From an uncultured Candidatus Binatia bacterium (GTDB lineage Bacteria > Desulfobacterota > Binatia > UBA9968 > JAJDTQ01), in assembly GCA_965242525.1 (NCBI GenBank), contig OZ251459.1, positions 2,848,001 to 2,912,000 of the forward strand: DNA of 64,000 nucleotides. Reading direction: 5' to 3'. This document shows positions 31,874 through 50,532 of this stretch, piece by piece. Made by a program: the position numbers and the translations under genes. Position 1 is the stretch's first letter. Each line of letters starts with the position of its first letter. The notes below the pieces were generated by a model that made no database searches, was not told the DNA's origin, and saw only the letters and a list, made by a program, of their open reading frames with translations.

Positions 31874-32173
31874 ATGGTTACCAGGGAACAGGTCTTCGAG
31901 GCATTGCAGGACTGCTATGACCCCGAGATCCCGGTGAACATCGTGGACCTGGGGCTGGTGTACGAGGTGGAGGTCGAGGACGACGCCGTGGCGGTCAAGA
32001 TGACCCTGACCACGCCGGGATGCGGCATGGGCGGGATGATCGCCTCCAACGCCCAGTCCCTGATCATGGGGATCCCCGGGGTCAAGGAAGCCAACGTGGA
32101 CTTGGTCTGGGACCCGCCCTGGGACCCCGGCCGGATCAGCGAGGAAGCCCGGCAGAAGCTCGGCATCGCCTGA
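31874..32173 (+). CDS. DUF59/SufT-like Fe-S assembly factor
   Basis: YDPEIPVNIVDLGLVY, MTLTTPGC, VWDPPW. Confidence 0.9.
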   Translation: MVTREQVFEALQDCYDPEIPVNIVDLGLVYEVEVEDDAVAVKMTLTTPGCGMGGMIASNAQSLIMGIPGVKEANVDLVWDPPWDPGRISEEARQKLGIA

Positions 32174-32216
32174 CCGCCGTTCCCCGTACCCCTGTTCCCC
32201 GCTTCCCATCCCCGTC

Positions 32217-37889
<5,673 letters not shown>

Positions 37890-37891
37890 CC

Positions 37892-37937
37892 GGGACCGGC
37901 AGTCCCGCCCGAAGGCGGAGACTGCCTGCCGGTCCCG
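37892..37937. terminator. GC-rich hairpin directly after uvrA stop (terminator-like, no U tract)
   Basis: GGGACCGGCAG ... CTGCCGGTCCC inverted repeat. Confidence 0.4.
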
Positions 37938-37944
37938 GGTTGCA

Positions 37945-38051
37945 TGATCCACTTCCAGCCGCCCGCACTTGGCACAACGCCAGCCGTCCCGATCCAGAAC
38001 CGCCCGTCGAGCCACAGCCCACGCCCGCGTCTGGTAGATCCGCCTGGCCAT
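37945..38051 (-). pseudogene. Phage-type HNH endonuclease, 5' fragment
   Basis: [36 protein letters not shown] then loss of similarity; no N...CxxCH. Confidence 0.75.
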
Positions 38052-38105
38052 TCCGGTAACGCCTCTATCCGGTAGAATATAATATCAAGCGCACGCCGGA
38101 GATAC

Positions 38106-38138
38106 AAAAAGGGCGGGAACCTCGACAGGCTCCTGCCC
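38106..38138 (-). terminator. Rho-independent terminator of the lipoprotein gene
   Basis: Minus strand GGGCAGGAGCCT-GTCG-AGGTTCCCGCCC-TTTTT, 35 nt after stop. Confidence 0.7.
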
Positions 38139-38173
38139 CCTTGCAACTGCATCCAGGTAGGTAGCCGTAGTCT

Positions 38174-39322
38174 TTACGGGACCAGCTTTGCTCCGAATGC
38201 CCCAGCCGTTGTATTGGCCACCGTCTGCGGGCATGGCGAGACGCCTCCGCAATTCCTGTATACGAAGCTTCCCCCAACTTCGTTACCCCGCCAAAAATAG
38301 CCGCTAAAGCGGGCTAGATCGCCAGAGTCGTTGAGACGGGAGGCCCCATACTCCTCGGGGTAGGGAAACTCTCCCCACATCACCGTACGATCAGTGACAG
38401 GAACGCCCGGAAAAGTCATGACCCCAAACCTATTATCTGGTATGTTTATCGTCAAGTCCACCTGCCCCAACTTCTGCCCTGACCCCGCTGTATAGTTCAA
38501 TTCGGAAGTTCCCCAGTTACCCTCAATATCAACGGCCACTCCTCGATATGTCCCCTGAATCAGGGAGTACCCCTGCCCAACCACATACTCCCCGCCAATC
38601 ATTCCATACCTGCCAAAACTGATGGCACGCGACTCGATTCCATGTGCTACCAGGGTTTTTCTCTCTAAAAGAAACATGCTATTATCAAGCCATGCACCCC
38701 AGAAAGTCACAGGGCCTTCAACTCCATCCTTGGTAATTTGTGCAATCGTAGTCCCCTGAAACCGCCCTATTGTTCCAGTCGGTCCCGTTTCGGCCTCGAT
38801 TGAAACCGCAACGGGACCGACTTCCGTTGCGGCCTCAATCCGGTTTTTCAGCAGGGTTCGACACATATCAAGCGTGCCAGTGTGACACGGGATCTTATCC
38901 TGGCCGGTCAAGCCACCCAAGGTCGATAAACCACCCCAGCCGTTTATCCAACTAGTATCCTCCTCTCCACCACTCCCGAGCCCCCCGTAGCTGCCGTAGG
39001 TGCCACGACTTAACCAACTACGATCAAGCAGACTCGGCAATTGATCCCAACCAACCGAATCCGTTGACGTTGGCGGCGGTGTTTCGGGGTCGACGCCGGG
39101 GCCTTGCGGTGAATCTCGCTCTCCCTCGCCGGGGTTGGACGGTGTTCCGGGGGCGACGCCGGGACCTTGCGGTGAATCTCGCTCTCCCTGGGCGCCGGGG
39201 TTGACAAGGACTGCCTTCGGTATTCCCGATGTTGGCATCATGGAAGCAGTCTTACTCCCGCCTCCGCAACCCGCCAGCATCAACGCTACCGCTACCACCA
39301 CGACCATCATCATTCCCTTCAT
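38174..39322 (-). CDS. Lower-GC surface lipoprotein with probable TbpB/Slam-substrate-like C-terminal beta-barrel
   Basis: Lipobox LAGC-GGGS; duplicated ~21-aa Pro/Gly linker; C-terminal FSGYFWRGNEVGGSF...AGAFGAK. Confidence 0.7.
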   Translation of the reverse strand: MKGMMMVVVVAVALMLAGCGGGSKTASMMPTSGIPKAVLVNPGAQGERDSPQGPGVAPGTPSNPGEGERDSPQGPGVDPETPPPTSTDSVGWDQLPSLLDRSWLSRGTYGSYGGLGSGGEEDTSWINGWGGLSTLGGLTGQDKIPCHTGTLDMCRTLLKNRIEAATEVGPVAVSIEAETGPTGTIGRFQGTTIAQITKDGVEGPVTFWGAWLDNSMFLLERKTLVAHGIESRAISFGRYGMIGGEYVVGQGYSLIQGTYRGVAVDIEGNWGTSELNYTAGSGQKLGQVDLTINIPDNRFGVMTFPGVPVTDRTVMWGEFPYPEEYGASRLNDSGDLARFSGYFWRGNEVGGSFVYRNCGGVSPCPQTVANTTAGAFGAKLVP

Positions 39323-39399
39323 GGTTCCACCCTTTCGTTAGTCATTCGTCCCGTCGGACCCACCCTTACGGAAGACCGAACCTCGGTTATCCACAACCA

Positions 39400-39624
39400 A
39401 TTCAACTCCCCACGCGGTTGACGCAACGGCCCAACCAAGTAGGACGCCAAGAGAGCCGCCAACAGCCCGGTCTGGCCGTTCCCCCTCCCCATGCTGACCG
39501 CCGCCAAGGTCACATCTGGTTGCAAGGCCGCGGTCAGGAACTCCCGCTCCCAGGGAAACAGGGTCAGCTTCTCACCAGCTCGCCGCCCTTGCGTCACCAC
39601 CAAGCTTTCCATCCACGTCGCCAC
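39400..39624 (-). pseudogene. Phage terminase large subunit, N-terminal fragment
   Basis: VTQGRRAGEKLTLFPWEREF (adenine-binding region), SMGRGNGQT (Walker A with K>Q), GPLRQPRGE; truncated. Confidence 0.7.
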
Positions 39625-39736
39625 TGTTCCACGTCCGGGCGATCCGGATCCGCGATGGCACCAGTCGCTTGCAAGGCGTCCCGAAGGTCGCTTCGGCCCC
39701 CTCCCTTCAGGGGAAGGAGGCTCGGGATCCGGACGT

Positions 39737-40351
39737 CTAGCGCAACGGCGAGAAGGACGCGGGCACGACGATCTGGTTCTCCTGGCGGAGCAGCATCTCG
39801 CGCGTGGTCGGCGGCCAGTTGGGCAGCCGCATGGATTCGGCGCGGATGCGGCTCCGTTCGGCCATGTCCTTGTAGGGCCAGATGTGCACCCACTGGTTCA
39901 GCGTGCCGTAGGTGGTGAACCAGCCCGCGGCCAAGGGTGACAGCTTCACCCGGTCCTCGATGCACTCCTGCCAGCGCTCGATCAGCGCCGGGATCGACCC
40001 CGGCAACACCGTGTAGGTGCGGATCTCGTAGATGTTGCCCATCTCCCGCGGCTCCAGGGGCGGAGAGAACGGCGCCGCCTGGAACACCTTGCTCTCCTGC
40101 GTGACCATGAAGTCCCGAACCTTGGGGGGCCAGTGGCCGGTCTTGCGCGCCTCGGCGCCGATGCGGTCCTTCTCGGCAAAGCTCTCGTAGGGCCAGATGT
40201 GGATGACCTGGTTCAACGGCCCCACCTCGGAACGAAAGAACGCGCCCAGGGGAGAGAGCTTGACGCGGTGCGGCAACCCCTCCTCGAAAGCCTTCTCGAA
40301 ATCGGGCGTGGCCCCGGGCTTGAGCGTATAGGTCCTCATCTCGATGATCAT
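39737..40351 (-). CDS. Two-domain NIPSNAP family protein
   Basis: IEMRTYTLKPG...LNQVIHIWPYES and IYEIRTYTVLPG...LNQWVHIWPYKD; PASFSPLR. Confidence 0.92.
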   Translation of the reverse strand: MIIEMRTYTLKPGATPDFEKAFEEGLPHRVKLSPLGAFFRSEVGPLNQVIHIWPYESFAEKDRIGAEARKTGHWPPKVRDFMVTQESKVFQAAPFSPPLEPREMGNIYEIRTYTVLPGSIPALIERWQECIEDRVKLSPLAAGWFTTYGTLNQWVHIWPYKDMAERSRIRAESMRLPNWPPTTREMLLRQENQIVVPASFSPLR

Positions 40352-40537
40352 GGGTTTCCTCCTGAGACTGACGCTGCTGTCTGTCCCCTGTTTTTCGACG
40401 TTTTGCTCCCGAAATGCAAGCCTTGAGCCGCATGGAGCGAGACCGGGATGCTTCCGATCCATATGGGTTGCCCATAAAGCGCCATGTCCTCTGCCAGCGC
40501 TTTCAACGTGGTGACTCCTTGCACGGCGTCGCAAGTT

Positions 40538-40566
40538 TTGACCCTGCCCCGGTAAGGGGTTATGGT
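40538..40566 (+). promoter_or_regulatory. sigma70-type promoter, likely leaderless transcript
   Basis: TTGACC-17 nt-TATGGT, 6 nt before ATG 40573; no SD. Confidence 0.6.
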
Positions 40567-40572
40567 GGATTC

Positions 40573-42138
40573 ATGGGCCTTCCCGACGACGGCGCCGTCC
40601 GGCGCAAGCTGCCCATCGGCATCCAGACCTTCCGGATGATCCGGGAGGAGGGCTGCTACTACGTGGACAAGACCCCCTGGGTCCGGCGGCTGGTGGACGA
40701 GGGCCGCTGCTACTTCCTGTCCCGTCCCCGGCGTTTCGGCAAGAGCCTGCTGCTGGACACCATCAAGGAACTGTTCGAGGGCAGCGAGAAACTGTTCCGG
40801 GGGCTGGCTATCCACGACCAATGGGACTGGACCCCTCGCCCGGTGGTGCGGATCAGCTTCGGCGGGCGGAACTTCACCCAACCCGGTCATCTCGACTTGA
40901 ACCTGACCGCCCAGTTGGACCGGGTGGAACAGCAGGCCGGTTTCCGTTCACCCTACCCTACCGGCCCGGAGCGTTTCGCCTACGTGATCGAAAGGTTGCA
41001 CGAACGCACGGGGCGCCGTGTGGCGGTTCTGGTGGACGAGTACGACAAGCCGATCCTGGACGCGCTGGACGCGCCGGAAGTGGCCAGGGCCAACCGCGAC
41101 TTCCTGCGCGGCATCTACTCGGTCATCAAGGACAGCGACGCGCACATCGAGTTCACCCTGCTCACCGGGGTGAGCAAGTTCTCCAAGGTGAGCCTCTTCT
41201 CCGGTCTCAACAACCTCATCGACATCACCCTGGACCCGCGCTATTCCGCCGTCTGCGGCTATACCGAAGCCGACCTGGACGCCGTGTTCGCGCCCGAACT
41301 GCCCGGCCTGCACCGGGACGAGATACGCCGCTGGTACAACGGTTATAGTTGGCGAGGGAACGAGAAGGTTTACAACCCCTTCGACGTCCTCTTGCTGTTC
41401 GACACCCGCGAGTTCAAGGCCCACTGGTTCGAGACCGGCTCGCCCACGTTCCTGGTGGAGACCCTGCTACGCCGCAAGGTCAACGCCGCAACCCTCGAAG
41501 ACCGCTTGGCCGGCGACGCCCTGCTGTCCGCCTTCGACGTGGACCACATGGCCACCGAGGCGCTGCTCTTCCAGACCGGCTACCTCACCATCACCGGCGA
41601 AGAACACGACGAGGGAACCACCGTTTACCGGCTGGGCCATCCCAACCACGAGGTGCGGCGCAGCCTGAACGGCAGCCTGCTGGCGGCCGGGGACCCGGAG
41701 GTCTCGGTGGAGGCGGAGGGCCTGCGCCTGCGCCGGGCGCTGCGCAGCAACGACTTCGAGGCAGTGGAGGCGTTGTTCCGGGCGTTCTTCGCCAGCATCC
41801 CGTACGAGTGGTACACGAACAACGACATCGCCCTGTACGAGGGCTACTATTCCAGCGTGTTCTACTCGTACTTCGCGGCTGCGGGACTGGACGTGCGGGT
41901 GGAAGAGAGCACGAGCCAGGGGCGGCTGGACATGGCGGTGCTCTACCACGGGCAGGTCTATCTGTTCGAGTTCAAGATGGTGGACGAGGCCCCGAAGGGG
42001 GAGGCCATGCGGCAGCTACGGGAGAGGGGCTACGCGGACAAGTACCGCCGCCCGGACCGGCCCGTCCACCTGGTCGGCGTGGAGTTCAGCAGGCAGGACC
42101 GCAACATCGCCGCCTTCGAGGTGGAACGGGCCGCATAA
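40573..42138 (+). CDS. AAA-ATPase-like + PD-(D/E)XK nuclease (PDDEXK_9 type), paralogue 1
   Basis: LPIGIQTF, RPRRFGKS, LVDEYDKP, YNPFD, EGYYSS, GRLDM...LFEFK. Confidence 0.92.
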   Translation: MGLPDDGAVRRKLPIGIQTFRMIREEGCYYVDKTPWVRRLVDEGRCYFLSRPRRFGKSLLLDTIKELFEGSEKLFRGLAIHDQWDWTPRPVVRISFGGRNFTQPGHLDLNLTAQLDRVEQQAGFRSPYPTGPERFAYVIERLHERTGRRVAVLVDEYDKPILDALDAPEVARANRDFLRGIYSVIKDSDAHIEFTLLTGVSKFSKVSLFSGLNNLIDITLDPRYSAVCGYTEADLDAVFAPELPGLHRDEIRRWYNGYSWRGNEKVYNPFDVLLLFDTREFKAHWFETGSPTFLVETLLRRKVNAATLEDRLAGDALLSAFDVDHMATEALLFQTGYLTITGEEHDEGTTVYRLGHPNHEVRRSLNGSLLAAGDPEVSVEAEGLRLRRALRSNDFEAVEALFRAFFASIPYEWYTNNDIALYEGYYSSVFYSYFAAAGLDVRVEESTSQGRLDMAVLYHGQVYLFEFKMVDEAPKGEAMRQLRERGYADKYRRPDRPVHLVGVEFSRQDRNIAAFEVERAA

Positions 42139-42171
42139 GCCCGTCACCCGGACCACCGTATCCCCCGGTTT

Positions 42172-42200
42172 TTGACCCTGCCCCGGTAAGGGGTTATGGT
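42172..42200 (+). promoter_or_regulatory. Identical duplicated promoter of paralogue 2
   Basis: TTGACC-17 nt-TATGGT, 6 nt before ATG 42207. Confidence 0.6.
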
Positions 42201-42206
42201 GGATTC

Positions 42207-43790
42207 ATGGGCCTCCCTGACGATGGCGCCGCCCGGCGCAAACTGCCCATCGGTATCCAGACCTTTCGGAAGATCCGGGAGGAGGGCTGCTACTATGTGG
42301 ACAAGACCGCCTGGGTCCGGCGGCTGGTGGACGAAGGCCGCTGCTACTTCCTGTCCCGTCCCCGGCGTTTCGGCAAGAGCCTGCTGCTGGACACCATCAA
42401 GGAACTGTTCGAGGGCAGCGAGGAACTCTTCCGGGGGCTGGCCATCCACGACCAATGGGACTGGACCCCGCGCCCGGTGGTGCGGATCAGTTTCGGTTCA
42501 GGCGACTTCAACAGGCCCGGGGAGCTCGAAGCCGGCTTCCGGGAAAGGCTCACCGCCATCGAACGTTCGGCCGGAGTCGGTTCCGACTTTACGACCGCAG
42601 CCGGACGCTTCGCGGCGCTGGTCGAGGCGCTCCACGAACGCACGGGCCGGCGTGTGGCGGTCCTGGTGGACGAGTACGACAAGCCGATCCTGGACGCGCT
42701 GGCCGCGCCGGAAGTGGCCAGGGCCAACCGGGACTTCCTGCGCGGAATCTACTCGGTCATCAAGGACAGCGACGCGCACATCGAGTTCACGCTTCTCACC
42801 GGGGTGAGCAAGTTCTCCAAGGTGAGCCTCTTCTCCGGTCTCAACAACCTCATCGACATCACCCTGGACCCGCGCTATTCCGCGGTCTGCGGCTACACCG
42901 ACCGGGACCTGGACGCCGTGTTCGCGCCCGAACTGCCCGGCCTGGACCGGGACGAGATACGACGCTGGTACAACGGCTACTCCTGGCGAGGGGACGAGAA
43001 GGTGTATAACCCCTTCGACGTCCTGTTGTTGTTCCGGTCGCGCGAGTTCAAGGCCCACTGGTTCGAGACCGGCTCGCCCACGTTCCTGGTGGAAACCATC
43101 CTGCGCCGCAAGGTCAACGCCGCAACCCTCGAAGACCGACTGGCCGGCGACGCCCTGCTGTCCGCCTTCGACGTGGACCACATGGCCACCGAGGCGCTGC
43201 TCTTCCAGACCGGCTACCTCACCATCACCGGCGAAGAACACGACGAGGGAACCACCGTTTACCGGCTGGGCCATCCCAACCACGAAGTGCGGCGCAGCCT
43301 GAACGGCAGCCTGCTGGCGGCCGGGGACCCGGAGGTCTCGGTGGAGGCGGAGGGCCTGCGTCTGCGCCGGGCGCTGCGCAGCAACGACTTCGAGGCAGTG
43401 GAGGCGTTGTTCCGGGCGTTCTTCGCCAGCATCCCGTATGAGTGGTACACGAAGAACGACATCGCCCTGTACGAGGGCTACTATTCCAGCGTCTTCTACT
43501 CGTACTTCGCGGCTGCGGGACTGGACGTGCGGGTGGAAGAGAGCACGAGCCAGGGGCGGCTGGACATGGCGGTGCTCTACCACGGGCAGGTCTATCTGTT
43601 CGAGTTCAAGATGGTGGAGGAGACCCCGAAGGGGGAGGCCATGCGGCAGCTACGGGAGAGGGGCTACGCGGACAAGTACCGCCGCCCGGACCGGCCCGTC
43701 CACCTGGTCGGCGTGGAGTTCAGCAGGCAGGACCGCAATATCGCCGCCTTCGAGGTGGAGCGGGCCCACGTCCCGGGTGAACCGGGCTGA
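42207..43790 (+). CDS. AAA-ATPase-like + PD-(D/E)XK nuclease, paralogue 2 (tandem duplicate, period 1634 bp)
   Basis: Same motifs; nearly identical DNA to 40573..42138 except 42498-42632. Confidence 0.92.
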   Translation: MGLPDDGAARRKLPIGIQTFRKIREEGCYYVDKTAWVRRLVDEGRCYFLSRPRRFGKSLLLDTIKELFEGSEELFRGLAIHDQWDWTPRPVVRISFGSGDFNRPGELEAGFRERLTAIERSAGVGSDFTTAAGRFAALVEALHERTGRRVAVLVDEYDKPILDALAAPEVARANRDFLRGIYSVIKDSDAHIEFTLLTGVSKFSKVSLFSGLNNLIDITLDPRYSAVCGYTDRDLDAVFAPELPGLDRDEIRRWYNGYSWRGDEKVYNPFDVLLLFRSREFKAHWFETGSPTFLVETILRRKVNAATLEDRLAGDALLSAFDVDHMATEALLFQTGYLTITGEEHDEGTTVYRLGHPNHEVRRSLNGSLLAAGDPEVSVEAEGLRLRRALRSNDFEAVEALFRAFFASIPYEWYTKNDIALYEGYYSSVFYSYFAAAGLDVRVEESTSQGRLDMAVLYHGQVYLFEFKMVEETPKGEAMRQLRERGYADKYRRPDRPVHLVGVEFSRQDRNIAAFEVERAHVPGEPG

Positions 43791-43832
43791 CCCTGCCCGA
43801 AACCGCGGGCGGACGAGCGAGCGCCGCGCGCC

Positions 43833-44925
43833 CTACGCCTCCATCAGGCAGCTCTGTATGAACCGGTCGATGTCGCCGTCGAGGACCGCGTCGGCGTTGC
43901 CGATCTCCAGGTTGGTGCGGTGGTCCTTGACCATGCGGTAGGGGTGCAGCACGTAGGAGCGTATCTGGCTGCCCCAGGCGATCTCCTTCTTGTCTTTCTG
44001 GTAGCTGTCCATCTTCTCCCGCTGCTTCTCCACCTCCAGCTCGTAGAGGCGCGAGCGCAGGATGCGCATGGCCATGGCCTTGTTCTTGTGCTGCGACCGC
44101 TCGTTCTGGCAGGCCACGACGATGTTGGTGGGGAGGTGGGTGATGCGCACCGCGGAATCGGTCTTGTTGACGTGCTGCCCGCCGGCGCCGCTGGCCCGGT
44201 AGGTGTCGATGCGCAGGTCGGACTCGTTGACCTCCACGTCGATGGCGTCGTCGATCTCGGGATAGACGAACACCGAGGCGAACGAGGTGTGCCTGCGGGA
44301 GTTGGCGTCGAAGGGGGAGACCCGGACCAGCCGGTGGATGCCGGCCTCGCACTTCATGTAGCCGTAGGCGTAGCTGCCGGCGACGGTGAAGGTGACCCGC
44401 TTGACCCCGGCCTCCTCGCCTGGCTGGTACTCCAGGATCTCGGTCTCGTACCCCCGCCGGTCGCCCCAGCGAAGGTACATGCGCAGCAGCATCTCGGCCC
44501 AGTCCTGGGACTCGGTGCCGCCCGCCCCCGGATGGAGCGTGACGATGGCGTCCCGGCGGTCGTCCGCGCCCCCCAGGAGCCGCCGCAACTCCATCTCCGC
44601 CAAGCCCTCGGACACATCCCTGAGCCGGGACCGCGTCTCCTCCAGGGCCTCCGGGTCGTTCTCTTCCTCGCCCAGGTCCAGGAAGATGCGGGCTTCCTCG
44701 ATGCCCGAACGGCATTTGCCGTAGTCGTCCAGGGCCTCCCGGAGCAGGGACTGCTCCTTCAGCACCTCCTGGGCCTTGTCCGCGTCGTTCCAGAAGTCGG
44801 GCCTGGCGGCAAGGGCCACGAGCTCGTCCATGCGCTTCTGCTTGCCCTCGACGTCAAAGACGCCTCCACAGCAGGCCGAGCTTCTCTTCGAGTTGCGTCA
44901 GTCGTTCGCGTGCTTCTTCGAACAT
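43833..44925 (-). CDS. prfB: Peptide chain release factor 2 with programmed +1 frameshift
   Basis: MFEEARERLTQLEEKLGLLWRRL then CTT-TGA-C (44859-44853) with internal GGAGG; continues DVEGKQKRMDEL...SPF...GGQ. Confidence 0.96.
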
Positions 44926-44977
44926 GGCGGACTCCCGTTACGTTGGAAATGGTCGGCGAAAGAGCGCTTGCGCGGAC

Positions 44978-45484
44978 TCAGGGACCGGTCCGGCGGACGC
45001 CCTCCCTGCCGCCGGACTTGAGCGCGGTGCGGATGCGCCGCTCCATGGCCTGCATCCGTTTCTCGTCCTCCGGCGAACGCTCGTGGTCATAGCCCAGGTC
45101 GTGGAGTATCCCGTGGACCAGGAGCGCTTCCAACTCGTCGTCCAGGGACCGCCGCCGCCGCCGCGCCTGTTCCTCCGCCCGCTCCACGGAGATGACCACG
45201 TCGCCGATTAGGCGGCGCCCGGAGGGCAGCCGGTGGTCCGACGGAAACGACAGGACGTCGGTGGGCTCGTCCCTGGACCGGAACCGCGCGTTGAGGCCGC
45301 GGATCTCTTCGTCGCCCACCAGCGCCACGCTGAGCTCGGCCGGCCCCAGGTCCAGGATCTCCATGATCCTGCGCGCGCTTGCCCGGAACCCGCGCACCGG
45401 CACGCGCCGGGCCGCCCCCAAGCGTACCACGTCCACGGTGGCGTTCCGAATCCCGCGCTTGGGCGGCGCCGCGTCCATCAGCAA
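44978..45484 (-). CDS. ybeY: rRNA maturation endoribonuclease YbeY (start uncertain)
   Basis: PTDVLSFP, IGDVVIS, HGILHDLGYDH. Confidence 0.92.
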   Translation of the reverse strand: MLMDAAPPKRGIRNATVDVVRLGAARRVPVRGFRASARRIMEILDLGPAELSVALVGDEEIRGLNARFRSRDEPTDVLSFPSDHRLPSGRRLIGDVVISVERAEEQARRRRRSLDDELEALLVHGILHDLGYDHERSPEDEKRMQAMERRIRTALKSGGREGVRRTGP

Positions 45485-45548
45485 CGGACCGGCGCCGGAG
45501 CCGTGCGCCGAGCCCCCCTTCCGGCGCGCCCACAGACCCCCGCCCCGG

Positions 45549-46537
45549 TCATCCGTCTTCCGGGCTGCCGGTATCCCGCTCGTACGCGGCGATGATGTCC
45601 TGCACCAGGCGGTGCCGGGCCACGTCCTTCTCGGTGAAGGTGACGAAGCGGATGCCCTCCACCCCTCGCAGTATGCGCCAGGCTTCCTTGAGACCGGACA
45701 ACCGGCCGGCGGGGAGGTCGATCTGGGTGACGTCGCCTGTGATCACCGCCTTGGAGCCGTAGCCCAACCGGGTGAGGAACATCTTCATCTGCTCCGGGGT
45801 GGTGTTCTGCCCCTCGTCCAGGATGACGAAGGAGTCGTTGAGGGTGCGCCCGCGCATGAAGGCCAGGGGCGCCACCTCGATGCTGCCCCGTTCCAGCAGG
45901 CGCCGGGCCTTGTCGAAGTCCACCATGTCGTGCATGGCGTCGTACAGGGGCCGCAAGTAGGGGTTCACCTTCTCGGCCAGGTCCCCGGGCAGGAAGCCGA
46001 GCTTCTCCCCGGCCTCCACCGCGGGGCGGGTCAGTATGATCCGGGCATAGTGGTTCCGGGTCAGCTCGGCCACCGCCATGGCCATGGCCAGGTAGGTCTT
46101 GCCCGTTCCCGCGGGACCGATGCCGAAGACGATGTCGTGGCGCCGGATGGCGTCGATGTAGCTCTTCTGGGCGATGCTCTTGGGGGTGATGGTGCGCTTG
46201 TGGGACGAGATGTAGATGGTGTCGAGGAAGATCTCCTGCAGGTTCGCCTTGCCGTTGCTGCTCAGGATGCGGATGGCGTAGTCCACGTCGCTGCCGTACA
46301 CCGGGTAACCCCGCTCCAGCAGGCCGTAGAGCTGGCGCATGACCTCCCCCGCCAGCTCCGATTCGGGCCGGTCGCCGCGGATCTCCATCTCGGCGCCGTG
46401 CACCAGGAACCGGACCCCCAGCGCCCGCTGGGCGATCTTCAGGTGCTCGTCCTGGTTGCCCAGGAGGTCCCGGAACAGGCGCGGGTCGGCGAACGCCAGA
46501 CGGGGCGCAGTCGGCGCGCTCTCGATGGTCGCCCGGC

Positions 46538-46541
<4 letters not shown>
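45549..46541 (-). CDS. phoH: PhoH-like ATPase
   Basis: [44 protein letters not shown]. Confidence 0.93.
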
Positions 46542-49192
<2,651 letters not shown>

Positions 49193-49311
49193 GACGCCCC
49201 TTGATAGCATCCCCGCCGAAGCCGGGGCAACGGCGGATCAGCCGGTACGGGAAGGCGCGCGGCGCGGGCTTCCGCTCCGGGACGAGGCCGGGGAAAACAC
49301 CGGGGAACGGG

Positions 49312-50370
<1,059 letters not shown>

Positions 50371-50532
50371 GGGTTCTCCTTCGATCGTGGTCAATGGCCC
50401 CGGACCGGCGGGCGCCGCCATCCCGCGACGGCGGCGCGGGGCCGAAAGCGCTCCGCGGTCCGCCGGACCCGCGAGGTCGGCATGGCGTCAGCCCTGTACG
50501 AAAGATCTCTTTCGGCGCTTCGGGAGCTTTCT

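Noticed and set aside
32180-32197. GTTC...GTTC upstream of uvrA as an alphaproteobacterial-type LexA box
   Set aside because: Spacing is 10 nt rather than the required 7.
37945-39650. Intact prophage
   Set aside because: Only two short gene fragments; no integrase, portal, capsid or att sites recognised.
40573-43790. Diversity-generating retroelement (template/variable repeat pair)
   Set aside because: No reverse transcriptase in the window; differences are a block replacement, not adenine-specific substitutions.
44831-44925. prfB as a frameshifted pseudogene or sequencing error
   Set aside because: Canonical CTTTGAC programmed frameshift with internal SD.
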